From Nitrosopumilus sp. (GTDB taxonomy: Archaea > Thermoproteota > Nitrososphaeria > Nitrososphaerales > Nitrosopumilaceae), in contig OZ245003.1 in assembly GCA_965223425.1 (NCBI GenBank), positions 1,120,001 through 1,184,000 of the forward strand: a stretch of 64,000 nt of DNA, written 5' to 3'. Each line of letters begins with the position of its first letter. Position 1 is the stretch's first letter. Positions 52,901 to 62,015 of this stretch are shown piece after piece. The translations under genes were made by a program, and so were the position numbers. The notes beneath the pieces were generated by a model. The model was not told the origin of the DNA, ran no database searches, and saw only the letters and a list, made by a program, of their open reading frames with translations.

Positions 52901-53891
52901 CGGCAAGAAATATTCTTACTGCTTCTTGCACTCCCTCCATACTAGCTTGTCTGACCAGACTTGCTCGTTGTTCCACATTGTCAAAGTCTTCATTATAGAT
53001 CCTCATTGTGATGCTATCTAAGAACTTGTTTTCATAGTTCCAGTATGATGGATTATTGCCTCCGGGCATATTTGAGAACCATGGGGCATAGTATGATGAC
53101 AAACCTACGTTGTCATATTTTATGACCTGCGAGCCACCATATGCTCCAGTGTAAATATGCCATGTGAAATTAACCGGATCTGATCCATAAACCTGCGCAA
53201 ATGCGCCGCGCAGGTCACCAGTTGTTTTTTCAATGGTAAAACCCAATTTCTCCAGCTCGGCTGCAAGAGAGTTGCCAATTAAGAGCCTGATTGGATCATC
53301 GTCCCGTATGAACATTTTAATTTGAATCGGGCTGCCGTCGGCATGCCACTTGCCACCTGTTTTGACTGCCCCCTCTGCTGCAAGTATCTTGCTGATCATT
53401 TCGTCTGCAAGTTGCGGATTGTAATGAATATCAAGTGCATCAAGCTGTCTGTAAACTAGAAGGTAATCCGGATGAGTGGGACCAAAGTTTGAGAGTATTG
53501 CTTGGCCCTGCCCATGAAAGAATTCATCAACAATGGCAGTCCTGTCAACTAGATAGTTCAATGAATATCGAATCTCTTTATGTGAGAAAGGATTGAACTG
53601 GCTTGTACTGTCTGCAGGATTAACAAAGAGGGTGTATTTTATCCCTTCTGCGGAGTTAAAGATCTGAATGTCTGTTGGGGGATTGCCATCATCTGTTATT
53701 ATTTCATTGTAAGGCACAGGATAATTGTAGATATCAAATGTGCCTTTTTGTATTTCTTCTAATGCAGTGTTCTCATCAAGGTGCTGAACAAATGTTATGC
53801 TGTCAACATTGGTACCTTGGTTTGCAAAAGAGTCATTGATGCCAAAAAGAAGCGCTATCACCAATAATAATGGCAGAAAGACATACCACAT
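46914..53891 (-). CDS. Giant surface protein: family-5 solute-binding domain, three type-I solute-binding domains (third with Cache insert), Gly linker, CFI-box anchor
   Basis: Signal peptide; NPF...IRYSLNYLVDR and ISNGPFFL; three IG.L-starting SBP repeats; GGCLIATATYGSELAPQVQFLRE plus C-terminal TM helix. Confidence 0.9.
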   Translation of the reverse strand: MWYVFLPLLLVIALLFGINDSFANQGTNVDSITFVQHLDENTALEEIQKGTFDIYNYPVPYNEIITDDGNPPTDIQIFNSAEGIKYTLFVNPADSTSQFNPFSHKEIRYSLNYLVDRTAIVDEFFHGQGQAILSNFGPTHPDYLLVYRQLDALDIHYNPQLADEMISKILAAEGAVKTGGKWHADGSPIQIKMFIRDDDPIRLLIGNSLAAELEKLGFTIEKTTGDLRGAFAQVYGSDPVNFTWHIYTGAYGGSQVIKYDNVGLSSYYAPWFSNMPGGNNPSYWNYENKFLDSITMRIYNEDFDNVEQRASLVRQASMEGVQEAVRIFLAVKNDNYIAKEGINGIINTQGLGITNRFTPINVSIEDDDPNNNNDDNITIGVKHITQSSWNPVLGFSDAYGRDIWEILRDPSTTRDPFTGDLIPVRTEWKVETRGSDGQLDVPNNAVMWNPANQTWDNVPSQTKSASKVTFDFEFSNWHNGQPMDIKDVLYSLYFVTEWGSNDSENAEDLKKYSAEIVSDDTDRIKGIHVLNATAIEVYIDYWNMDEAEIVGKASLWSSVPWEIYAAMEKVVLDGTAAFSNSVANERGIPWLSLLESSDSNLIRDALQSFNDTNAIPSQVYDTDTDDLQYAYDRYESSISWITNKSNAVISNGPFFLDSYTPATNTLMVKAFDDQTYPLQPGHWNYFTERQDALVGNITIGSLAPLTGGASGYGKELSEVSDLAMNHFNEYLKKRGASWSLSLDRHDTATAPSTGLEALTGLNSTGIKIVDGPPIDSVAEGILNFANENDMLLVSCCSVTTQLAVEDDSLFRVAPDHTHHANKLANLMYEDGIRAVVPVGLNNIWVNDLLGLVRTSFGGLDNNNVADTRISYDFGANLTQPVTDLASAVQSQVNEHGADKVAVLYIGFGENVEFIKLSSKQDILDDVRWFGADLNTVSPNVADDEEAKSFATTVNLVAVQLKAPDSQITTEIREHFDRLVNQFARLPSVFTNFEYDAVWLLGLSILESQSTNATTIKETLPDVAKQYIGAVGNTELNAAGDLADGQYATWKMINGEWTEIISIGALVPVSRNDGAGIHRQVATEIAADDFNEYLEQKNAQWRLDVNIKDTAAPLATYLDLIESFHDDNINLISGPSASSGVSKIRDYVDVNDMLLLSCCSTAPSLAIEKDNVFRLAPDDALHGPVIANLLGSDGKEVLISVWRDGPFGNGLHNSAVSKFKELGGTVDDLSSYKLCDGDGCYDATFTDLAQQLSEKVQTYVDSHGSDKVAVLYIGIDETKDFILKASEHQVLRTVQWIGSDANILSKSLVDNPTIFEFLVDANFRSCIFDADPTSERYQQLETRLSEDPRIIDTPNVYTYASYDTVRILGLAIEAANGAGFDEIKRQIPLVTSDYKGALGDVELNDAGDSRETSYAVWGIEPNGWERIGTYVSDLGLVHTNTVIGALLNLSGPISDEYARFSAMKFAASDFNKQNPTTPISLVLGNITSTRPHVAMQDILYDKEDSVNQEALRELISTSITNFDESVRLNPDSGAQSYFDSISDTKPDQSYYLFVINATTGENVADEEDATIVGTNISLMENTFDKDLEEINADLANDPNGETWWQYMIPAPDDASLQLKRSLLAKHEDYIFGAGYYLERSGVSYFVGPSSSRDLAALKSYVETYATDAVMVSHSSTAPSLAKQDNIFRLAPADAYQAPEIISQINKDGKTHLVIISRNDTYGNGILDAARDSNYEGSIASTIQYDIDEPDYPAIAAKLSEILSPHDKSVVAVLFVGFETEFVNLVKEMDSGADAHKAFDVKWYGVDGVTNSHTIVTDPVAGPIAARVGLTATIFDVKGNPINSELSARIRGEGLSIATYSFSAYDAVHLIGNSIKAVHYRIFSSVVDAIPTVATQTVGALGDYSLDENGDLNRPRTYAVYQVQPIDTSTQEWRLLTDKSEDVTDMQPSVSVSSGSNGGSGGGGGGGGGGGGGNRINIDVSNMQSSIYIKSISWNCNDGTVSIIAGPGSSGISVSIRTTELGVNQATPTDSTISGYMNFTGSMHKTERYIGVNAFTQEGRSVSTDSKSVNVDACIDERLFEVPIEEPATDTGSEPAVPEDRSDSPPVQQDQPADFANEDPQFYVDRYNNDVTYQEWFHKNYPTMTIYEAVGLPEPSITEPEESVDMEPVDMEPVDMEPVAERECGPGTVLQDGICVISIEDGGCLIATATYGSELAPQVQFLREVRDETLFSTASGATFMNGFNKAYYTFSPTIADLQRENPLFKETVKLAITPAVYVLGIMSMADPGSDASVILFGTLTIGVLAGMYVAMPVYAADMIRKKTRCKT
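47362..47410. repeat. 15-bp coding tandem repeat x3 (VDMEP)
   Basis: ACTGGCTCCATATCT repeated three times. Confidence 0.9.
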
Positions 53892-54097
53892 AGGCTTGTT
53901 TTTATATACTAATAATAAAAACCTACAACTATCCTAATCCTTCAACACATGACAACTGATGCAACATAAACAAATGATAAATAATTCTCAGCGATCTTTT
54001 CATAACGCATTCTAGTTCTGCGAATCCTTCCTCAGCCACGCAAAGAATCGCTCTACACAAAACCTGTCTTGCTGTAATTATTTTGTAAATGTCGGTC

Positions 54098-54366
54098 ATG
54101 ATGCCTGATGTGTTGGGATTTTGCCCTACATCAGAAAATACCCAAGTTTCATAGTGTGTTGCAACAAGAATTATACTGTACTGATACGCAAATGATGCCT
54201 GATGTGTTGGGATTTGACATGTCAACAGTTTCATAACCATTTCTAAATTAAGAGAGGATACGCAAATGATGCCTGATGTGTTGGGGTTTGGCCCTACATC
54301 AGAAAATACCCAAGTTTCATAGTGTGTTGCAACAAGAATTACACTGTCCTGATACGCAAATGATGC
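54098..54366. repeat. Interspersed direct-repeat array
   Basis: GATACGCAAATGATGCCTGATGTGTTGGG at 54183 and 54257, partial copies at 54098 and 54351; first and third intervening segments near-identical. Confidence 0.88.
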
Positions 54367-54459
54367 TGCCGTCATCGGTGGATGTTGCCATGAAGTGTAT
54401 GTCCATTCTGGCTTCTTCCAGTGATTCTAGAAACTCTGTTTATTTTTGATTGAGCTTGT

Positions 54460-54738
54460 TCACTTGAAAATCCGTTCTCTTATTTCTGGAATGTGTCTGT
54501 AGACAATGTCTCTTACCTTCATTTGGTCTTCTGCAGTTGGCATTTCTTTTTGTGCACTGAGAATGGCGCCACTCATACCAAGTGCCATTCCCATCACAAT
54601 TCCATAAACAAATTCCTGAGGATTTTCTACTTTTAGCACGTCTTTGTTTTCTTTAATTTCTTCTAGATATGCTGGAATTGTTGATACTGCTCCATTGATT
54701 GTTTGGACTATTAACGTCTCTAATTGTTCTTCACTCAT
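54460..54738 (-). CDS. Hypothetical protein
   Basis: MSEEQLETL...EFVYGIVMGMALG; core-like composition. Confidence 0.8.
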   Translation of the reverse strand: MSEEQLETLIVQTINGAVSTIPAYLEEIKENKDVLKVENPQEFVYGIVMGMALGMSGAILSAQKEMPTAEDQMKVRDIVYRHIPEIRERIFK

Positions 54739-54810
54739 GTCAAGATTTCTGAGATAATTCTTAATAAATTTGCACCTAAGATATTTAATCAAGGCTTTCT
54801 GAGCAGATAC

Positions 54811-55212
54811 ATGTTCTCATTTTTCACTATAAATGAAGCAAACAATGCCCTTCCTGATGTAATAAAAAAATTTGAGTATGCACTATCTAAAAAACAAGAA
54901 ATATCAAAATTAGAAAAACAGATGCAATCGAGTCTTTCTACTATAAACTCTTTTGAAGAATACGTGAATCTCAAGCAGAAACTAAATTCTGCAATTACAA
55001 AATTTTATGAATCAGTAGAAATTCTTGAAAATACCGGAGTGATGGTAAAGAGCATTGAGCAGGGCCTTCTTGATTTTCCGTCAACTAGGTTTGATGAAGA
55101 AGTTTGGTTGTGCTGGAAATACGGTGAAACCGAAATAAAATTTTGGCATGAAAAAGATTCTGGTTTTATGGGCAGAAAGCCCATAGAAACTAGCGACGAG
55201 TCTCTAATTTGA
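54811..55212 (+). CDS. DUF2203-family protein
   Basis: FTINEANNALP, GLLDFP, WLCWKYGE, FWH...GF.GRKPI. Confidence 0.92.
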   Translation: MFSFFTINEANNALPDVIKKFEYALSKKQEISKLEKQMQSSLSTINSFEEYVNLKQKLNSAITKFYESVEILENTGVMVKSIEQGLLDFPSTRFDEEVWLCWKYGETEIKFWHEKDSGFMGRKPIETSDESLI

Positions 55213-55413
55213 AACTTTAATTGTTACGTTGTAATTGGCAGAATTCTGATGATAGGCTCAGTCATGTTCATGTTCTTAAAAAAATCAAAAGATGATTTAG
55301 AAGAAGAAGAACAACGAGAGAAGAAAGAAGACTTTCTTTAACCTTTTCGCCTTTTGGTTCTGTCAAATTAACGAGGCTTTATTTCATGATTTTCTCTTGT
55401 AAAGTGTCGAGAT

Positions 55414-55780
55414 CTATTGAAAATGCAGGTTATCTGTACCGTCTTTTCCTTTCAAAAGTTTTAAAATTTCTTGTAATGAACGTAAAATCATATCATTTTG
55501 TTGTTCTAAATTTTGTAATGCAAAAAATGTATCTTGGGTATTTGCAAACATGACAAATTTTCTCCAATATTCAGAATTTATACGGATTGTATTTAATATC
55601 ACTTCAAGTTTAGAGTCTGAAAAATCAGATGATTTGCATAATTCTTTAATTTTTTTCTCAGATAACGACGATCTCACCATTTCATTCATAAGAACACGTG
55701 TAACATCGCTTATGATTTGTATTTGAGATATTGAAAGACTTTGTTCTTCACTAATCTGTTTTACAGGTTTTCTTTCAGTC
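55414..55780 (-). pseudogene. 5'-truncated helical protein, cut by an IS
   Basis: AT-rich open frame from the IS end to the stop at 55414; the upstream part of the listed ORF is IS sequence. Confidence 0.65.
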
Positions 55781-56773
55781 GGTGCTGTCCAAATTTTTCC
55801 CGGAAATTTCCAGAAAAGCTTATAGATCATGACGAAATCCTGCTGCAAGGCTTTTGGATCACGAGCTTGGCAACACGTCAATGTCAAAACGACGAAAGAA
55901 GGGCAGGAAAAACGGACAGCATGACGCCCACGTCCGAAGGTACAGGATCCAGATGTGCCGGAACTATTCAGCATACGAGAAGAAGAGGAGGAGGGGCAAG
56001 GGCAACAAGATAGTGACGAGGATCAAAAAACTCAAAGAAATGATCCCCGCCGTCTTGAAGGGCGCCTCCAAGGACGAGACATCGGCACTATTGTGTGTGC
56101 TGGACATGGTGCTCCGTAACCACTCGTACAGGGTTCACGTCACGTACATGGAACTGCACCCGGGTACGGTAAACGCCTACGGCCTAAAAAGGACTCCATC
56201 AAAATCGTCACTGCACAACATGGCAAAAGCGCTGTCAGCAGGACCGAGCAGCTCGCAGGACTGCTTCTGGCACAGGCAGGAGACGACGCGTGCGGCACCA
56301 TCATAGGCGACTCGTCTGGGTTCTCCATCATGAATTACGCGGACTGGGATGGGAAAAATGCTTCGTTGGCACAGGGACGACCCGTGCGGGTTTGCAAAGG
56401 CCTACGACCAGCGCTGTTGGTAGAGAACACGTTTTCTGTCATGAAGGAGAGGTTCGGCGCAGTCGCCCGTGCAAGGACGGCATCCATGAGAAGGCTGCAG
56501 CTTGTCCTAAAGTGCATCTGCTACAACCTGGCCGCATAAGACTGCCGTAATGCGGAGAGGGCTTTCCCAGCGTAAGCTGTACTCCTGCTTGCCATTCTTT
56601 GGGACAAGGCAGCACCTGATGATATGGTGTCACCGGTATTCTTCTGGCATGGGCAGCACCTGATGATATGGTGTCACCGGTATTCTTCTGGCATGGGCAG
56701 CACCGCCGTCTTGCCTGTTTTTGCGCAAAAATCACGAAACATGTGATCGAAATCAGTCAATTTGGACAGCATC
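55781..56773 (+). mobile_element. Internally deleted IS5-family element
   Basis: TIR GGTGCTGTCCAAATT / AATTTGGACAGCATC; fragments TPSKSSLH, IGDSSGFS, VENTFSVMKERFG; no TSD seen. Confidence 0.8.
56608..56704. repeat. 44-bp tandem duplication inside the IS
   Basis: GGCAGCACCTGATGATATGGTGTCACCGGTATTCTTCTGGCATG x2 plus a partial copy. Confidence 0.92.
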
Positions 56774-56788
56774 GTGATCGAAGAATGA

Positions 56789-57031
56789 CTAATTAGCAAT
56801 GATTTTTTTCTTACGTTTTTTTAATTCAAATTCAATCTGATCAATTTTCTCTACTAGTCTCTTTTTTTGCTCTTTCAATTTATTTGATTCAAATTCTAAT
56901 GCATTTCTTGTTGAATTTGAGTCTGTTGCAAGACCACAGTAAATCTCTTTTTTAGATTTTGTATTTGGATCATAATATGTGAAATAAAGATATGTTCTTC
57001 CTTTAACGGTCTTAATTGTAGTTCCCACCAT
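56789..57031 (-). CDS. Small putative DNA-binding protein with coiled-coil tail
   Basis: IKTVKGRTYLYFTYYD...EIYCG three-strand motif; divergent from the IS6-like transposase. Confidence 0.65.
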   Translation of the reverse strand: MVGTTIKTVKGRTYLYFTYYDPNTKSKKEIYCGLATDSNSTRNALEFESNKLKEQKKRLVEKIDQIEFELKKRKKKIIAN

Positions 57032-57116
57032 TCTATTTTCTATTTCACATATTTTAACATATACCAAATTTTGGGTATAACTTTATAAAGAGGTTATACC
57101 CTATAAATGGTATAAC

Positions 57117-58242
57117 ATGAATACAAGAGGAAAAAGAGCTCAACAAATTACAGACGAGTAGATTAAGAAATTGACGATTGTTCCTACAAAGTAAAACCTC
57201 AATCCTCAGACAAATGGTATGATGTTGTATCACTGAATCGGGGTTTGTTTGCTCTTGTTCTGCTTCCAAATTTAGAAAAGTTACTTGTAAACATTCCATA
57301 GCATTAGAGATTAGCTTCGAGATTAGAAAGAAAGTAGAGCAAACAAAACAAGAATAGATTATTGTCAAATCAGTCAAAATTAACGATTGCAAATTATGTG
57401 ACTCTGATAATATCATAAAGAAAGGATTACGCAAAAACAAGAACTATTCCATTCAGACATTCCAATGCAAGGACTAAGAGAAAATCCTCAACTAACATAG
57501 GATTTGAGAAGATGAGAGACACATCATAGTCATTACAGCATCAATTAATCTCTATTTCAACGAAGAATCTTTGAGACATGTTGCAGATTCCATGAAACTC
57601 TTTGGTGCCAAGGTAACACATCAAACTATTCACAACTGGATTAAGAAATACATCAGACTCATGGATAATTCCCTTGAATCAATTGCTTCTCAAGTATAGA
57701 ATAAATGATATTGTGATGAAATTTATCTTAAAATCAAGAGTGATAGAAAATATTTCTACACTATGCCTGATTTAGATACTAGAATATGGAGTCTCACCTG
57801 TAGCAGATACCAAATACACCGAAGATGTTAGACCACTATTCAAAAAGATTCAAGAGGTTGCAGGAAAAAAGCCCAAAGTCCTCTATTTTATGGATCTAAG
57901 AATTTCATGGAATCTCACAAAAAGGAATGGTACACAAGATACAAGGAAGAACAAACTCAACACACATGCCGTATTCCCTTCAAAAACGACAGAAATACAA
58001 ACAAAATGGAACAACTCAACGGTGGGATTAGAGATCGGGAAAAAATTATGAAACCTCCGAAAACTGACGATTCACCAATAATTACAGGTCTGCAGATTTA
58101 CCATAACTACATTCGCTCTCATATGGGAATTGATAGACATACGCCAAGTGAGAAAGCTGGGATTAAGGTCGAAGAATTGAATAAATGGATTATAATTATT
58201 CAAAATGCTCAGGTCTTGACACTTTACAAGAGAAAATCATGA
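57117..58242 (+). pseudogene. IS6-like transposase with SWIM and zinc-ribbon domains, degraded
   Basis: VCSC...CKHS SWIM motif, CKLCDS..IIKKGLR, TIHNWIKKY, CDEIY, NTNKMEQLNG, IYHNYIRSH; many stops. Confidence 0.85.
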
Positions 58243-58254
58243 AATACAGCCTAG

Positions 58255-58473
58255 CTAACTCGACATAACCCTCCTTTTTTTATCTCTGCAAACTCCACAG
58301 AAATAATTTTTCTTAAAATCCTCCAACTCTACTTTGAATTCCCTGGTTTGGAAGTATTTTTCTCCAGTCTTTAGTCCTCCCGGCACTTTTTTGCCGCAAT
58401 TATTACAATGGATCTCAACGTCAAATTTTACTATTTTTTCATTTTCTGAAATTTTGCCAATTATCATAGGCAT
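58255..58473 (-). CDS. Small zinc-binding hypothetical protein
   Basis: CNNC and CGVC pairs. Confidence 0.8.
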   Translation of the reverse strand: MPMIIGKISENEKIVKFDVEIHCNNCGKKVPGGLKTGEKYFQTREFKVELEDFKKNYFCGVCRDKKRRVMSS

Positions 58474-58549
58474 ATTTTATTTAATTTTCATATAAACAAT
58501 AGCCAAAAAACAAAACTCATGAATATTATACTGAAAAATTACTACTACT

Positions 58550-59437
58550 TTGATGCTTACAGTTTGGCTGCGTGTAATTCGAGTAAGATTTCTTCTTGCA
58601 TCTGTGATTGCAGTGTCTGTTGGATTGGCAATTAATTGGTGGCAAAATGCTTCAATAGAGCCCTTTGATGCTGTATTGACATTTGCGGGAGTAATGGCGC
58701 TTCATGCAAGTGTTGATCTGCTAAATGATTTTTGGGATTTTAAACGAGGTATTGACACAAAAACCAAGCAAACTAAAATGAGCGGCGGTACCGGAGTGTT
58801 GCCAGAAGGGCTACTCAAACCAACTTCAGTCTACCGTGCAGGAATCATCTTCTTAATAATTGGCTCTATAATTGGAGGATACTTTGTAATGACTGACGGT
58901 ATAATTATTGCAGTAATTTTGGGATTTGCAATTTTGTCCATCTATTTTTATTCAACTAAAATTGTTGATTCTGGTTTAGGTGAATTTTTTGTTGCCGTCA
59001 AGGGCTCCATGATTGTTATTGGAACATATTTTATTCAATCAGGACAAATCACCATAGAGTCTGTTCTTGGCAGTATTGTTGTTGGGGTTTTATCCTCGTT
59101 GGTGCTCTTTATTGCCTCATTTCCCGATCATAATGCTGACAAGTCTAAAGGTCGAAAAACCCTAGTTATTGCAGTAGGAAAAGAAAAAGCTACGAAACTT
59201 TTTTGGATTTTTCCACTGGTGTCATATGCTGCAATAATTGTTGGCGTGTCGGCAAATTTATTCCCCTTGATTTCTTTAATCGCCCTTCTTGGCTTCCCAT
59301 TAATGATGAAATCCGGACTGGGATTGAAGAAAAACTTTGACTCTGTTGACAATCTTGTCCCTTACATGTCTTTGACTTTAAAATTTAGTAGAATTACTGG
59401 TGCCTTGTTTGCAGTTAGCTTTTTGATAGGACTGTAG
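58550..59437 (+). CDS. UbiA-family prenyltransferase (MenA-like)
   Basis: NDFWDFKRGID, FPDHNADKSKGRKTL, multiple TM helices. Confidence 0.93.
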   Translation: MMLTVWLRVIRVRFLLASVIAVSVGLAINWWQNASIEPFDAVLTFAGVMALHASVDLLNDFWDFKRGIDTKTKQTKMSGGTGVLPEGLLKPTSVYRAGIIFLIIGSIIGGYFVMTDGIIIAVILGFAILSIYFYSTKIVDSGLGEFFVAVKGSMIVIGTYFIQSGQITIESVLGSIVVGVLSSLVLFIASFPDHNADKSKGRKTLVIAVGKEKATKLFWIFPLVSYAAIIVGVSANLFPLISLIALLGFPLMMKSGLGLKKNFDSVDNLVPYMSLTLKFSRITGALFAVSFLIGL

Positions 59438-59459
59438 TACGACATAAATTTAGTAATTT

Positions 59460-60581
59460 ATGATAAATTATGTGATTTCGGGATTTGCAACCGCTGAAGG
59501 AACTCAAAAATTTGCCCAAAATTCTGGTATAAATCAAGCCAATTTCAAAGAGTTTGAAAAATTAACTCTGTCTAATGTTGGAATTGGCACTTATCTTGGC
59601 GAACCAAATGATCGTACCGACGAATTAGTAAAAAATGCTATAAAACAATCCGTTGCTTCTGGAGTCAATGTTATAGACACTGCAATAAACTATCGCTCTC
59701 AAAAAGCAGAACGCTCAGTTGGAAAAGCTATCTCTGAACTAACACAAGAAGGAAAAATTTTACGTGATCAGCTGTTTCTTAGTACCAAAAATGGATATGT
59801 CACAAATGATGCTGATGTCCAACAAGGTTTTTGGGAATATGTTAAAGAAGAGTATGCTCAAAAAGGAGTGCTCAAAGAGGGCGATGTCACATCTGGATAT
59901 CATTGCATGACTCTGACTTATCTTTCTGATCAGTTAGACCGTAGTTTGAAAAATCTAGACGTGGAATGTGTTGATTTAATGTACTTACATAACGCAGTCG
60001 AAGGCCAAATCAAAGATGTTTCTAAAGAGCAATTCTTGGAAAACTTAAAATCTGTTTTTGAACTGTATGAACAAAAACGTGATGAAGGCAAAATTAAATT
60101 CTATGGAATGGCAACTTGGGAATGCTTTAGAGTTACAAAAGACAATCCACAATACCTTTCACTGGAAAAAACTGTTGAAATGGCAAAAAAAATTGGAGGA
60201 GAAGAGCATGGATTTAGATTTATTCAGCTGCCATTCAACCTGTATTATGATCAAGCGTTACTTGGAAAAACCCAAACACTTGGAATTGACTCTATGTCAG
60301 TTTTAGAAGCGGCAGCCAGGTTGGGAATTGGAGTATTTACTAGCGTTCCCTTGATGCAAGGAAGGCTGTTGCAGCCCGGCGCCATGCCTGAATTTTTAGA
60401 TTTGAAGCCATCTTTGCGTGCTTTGCAATTCATTCGCTCCTCTCCTGGCGTGTTGGCTCCGCTAATTGGCCAAAAATCCCCCGAGCATGTTTCAGAAAAT
60501 CTTGAAATTATGAGCATTCCTCCAGTGTCTGAAGGTGAATTTTCAGCACTGGTAAAAAAACTTCTTGACACTCATTATTGA
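59460..60581 (+). CDS. Aldo/keto reductase
   Basis: GIGT, IDTAINY, STKNG, DLMYLHN, IQLPFN. Confidence 0.95.
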   Translation: MINYVISGFATAEGTQKFAQNSGINQANFKEFEKLTLSNVGIGTYLGEPNDRTDELVKNAIKQSVASGVNVIDTAINYRSQKAERSVGKAISELTQEGKILRDQLFLSTKNGYVTNDADVQQGFWEYVKEEYAQKGVLKEGDVTSGYHCMTLTYLSDQLDRSLKNLDVECVDLMYLHNAVEGQIKDVSKEQFLENLKSVFELYEQKRDEGKIKFYGMATWECFRVTKDNPQYLSLEKTVEMAKKIGGEEHGFRFIQLPFNLYYDQALLGKTQTLGIDSMSVLEAAARLGIGVFTSVPLMQGRLLQPGAMPEFLDLKPSLRALQFIRSSPGVLAPLIGQKSPEHVSENLEIMSIPPVSEGEFSALVKKLLDTHY

Positions 60582-60629
60582 GTTCAAAATTATATAGAAA
60601 GATAATAAATGAGGTAATCTCAAAGAAGT

Positions 60630-61001
60630 GTGGGTAACTTGTCTGACAAAATTTATGATTATGCAGGTATTTGCAATTCTGTTCTATCACTTGATCCTAA
60701 AATTAGATTTGCAGGGGTAATTAATGAACGTGGACGGTTAGTAGCAGGCGGCATGAAGGAAAATGTTGAGCCTCTGGAAACTGAAAAAGATGACGAAATG
60801 ATTTTCATGGAACTTGCATTACGTGTAAAAATGAGAAAAGAATTTGATAAACAACTTGGCCCTGTGAACTTTGCAATGGCATCACGCAAGCGTGCTCTTG
60901 CAATCAGTGTTGTAGTTAATGATGATATTTTGTATGTGGTCTCAGAACCTGATGCCGATTATGGATCCCTTCCAAAGAAAATTCTTGAAATAATCAATTA
61001 A
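60630..61001 (+). CDS. DUF6659-like (Roadblock/profilin-like) protein
   Basis: IRFAGVINERGRLVAGG...MRKEFDKQLG. Confidence 0.8.
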   Translation: MGNLSDKIYDYAGICNSVLSLDPKIRFAGVINERGRLVAGGMKENVEPLETEKDDEMIFMELALRVKMRKEFDKQLGPVNFAMASRKRALAISVVVNDDILYVVSEPDADYGSLPKKILEIIN

Positions 61002-61257
61002 CACAGTTTTTCACCACATTTAATTAATAAATTCAGTATTTTGTGCCCAGGTTTGTCATATACTTTAGTCCGAGCTCTGTAAAAAATTCATACTTCTAGA
61101 TTTCATGCTCTTCAAAGAAAATAATAACTATTGCTAGTGACAACAGGCTAAATGTTTAATTCTGCCTATAGTTTCATTGTAACTTGGATCCAATTCTTCT
61201 ATATTATGCCGTCGGTTCTGGGAGATTTTGGTGATCAGATCACTCAAATTTACCAGA

Positions 61258-61683
61258 ACCGTGTTTGCATCCCTGATAGAGAAGATCAAAAAGACAGGCA
61301 TTGCATTTTCTGGCAGCGTCAACGCAGACAAGGGATATGACTCTGATGAGAATTTCAGGCTTGTCTTTGATGCCGGCATGACTCCAAACATAAAGCAGGG
61401 AAACAACGCCATAAGCAGCTCAAAGCCATTTCGTAAAAGGGCGGCAGGAATGTTTGGTGCAGGTGTCTACAAAAAACGCGGCATGATAGAGGGGATATTT
61501 GGAACCGAAGAGATAGAGGGTCACCGGTTGCTGTGCAGGTTCAGAAAAAAGTCCACAAGAAGGCGGTTTGGACTGTGCAAGGCGACATGATGGAACCTTG
61601 AGGTGTTAAACCGTCTAGAGTGTGCAGCAAGGCAGAATGTTGTGGTGGTGGCAGCAGCTTGATGTGAATTTGGCGGCAACCCC
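61258..61683 (+). mobile_element. 3' half of an IS5 copy related to 2389-3463
   Basis: TVFASLIEKIKKTGIAF...ADKGYDS...IEGIFG with premature stop; right TIR GTGAATTTGGCGGCAACCCC (61664-61683). Confidence 0.9.
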
Positions 61684-61870
61684 TACAGATCATCAAAATG
61701 CACCAGATCGGATTTGAACTAATGAGATTTTGTGATCTTAAAGTCCCAAAAAAATGGTTTCTCTATAAATTCTCTCTACCACTTTAGGCATAGATACACC
61801 TAAGAAAATTGATCTTTTTGTCAGGGCCTAAAATAGAACTATTTTATAGTCACTTACGTGAAAGTACGGT

Positions 61871-62014
61871 ATGGCTTTGAGAGAAATAGAACCACTAACA
61901 GAAGAAGATTTCACTGCATTGGCTGCTGATATTGATAAAGGTCAAACAGCAGAACAAGAGAAAGCAGTAACTAACGCCCTACATGCACAAGAAGTTCCAA
62001 CAGTAGAATTGTAA
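61871..62014 (+). CDS. 47-aa putative antitoxin
   Basis: MALREIEPLTEEDFTALAADIDKGQTAEQEKAVTNALHAQEVPTVEL; TTTTATA box ~25 nt upstream; stop 1 nt before the GNAT start. Confidence 0.65.
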   Translation: MALREIEPLTEEDFTALAADIDKGQTAEQEKAVTNALHAQEVPTVEL

Positions 62015-62015
62015 A

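Noticed and set aside
46899-53021. Numerous plus-strand ORFs of 60-143 aa
   Set aside because: Antisense shadows of the 2325-aa gene
54098-54366. CRISPR array
   Set aside because: Only two full repeats, unequal spacer lengths, two near-identical spacers and no cas genes in the window; kept as a repeat
53929-54375. 148-aa ORF as a real gene
   Set aside because: It is a translation of the repeat array plus degraded sequence, with no recognisable motif
55414-55974. 186-aa ORF as a complete gene
   Set aside because: Its first ~65 codons lie inside the IS on the antisense strand, so it is chimeric
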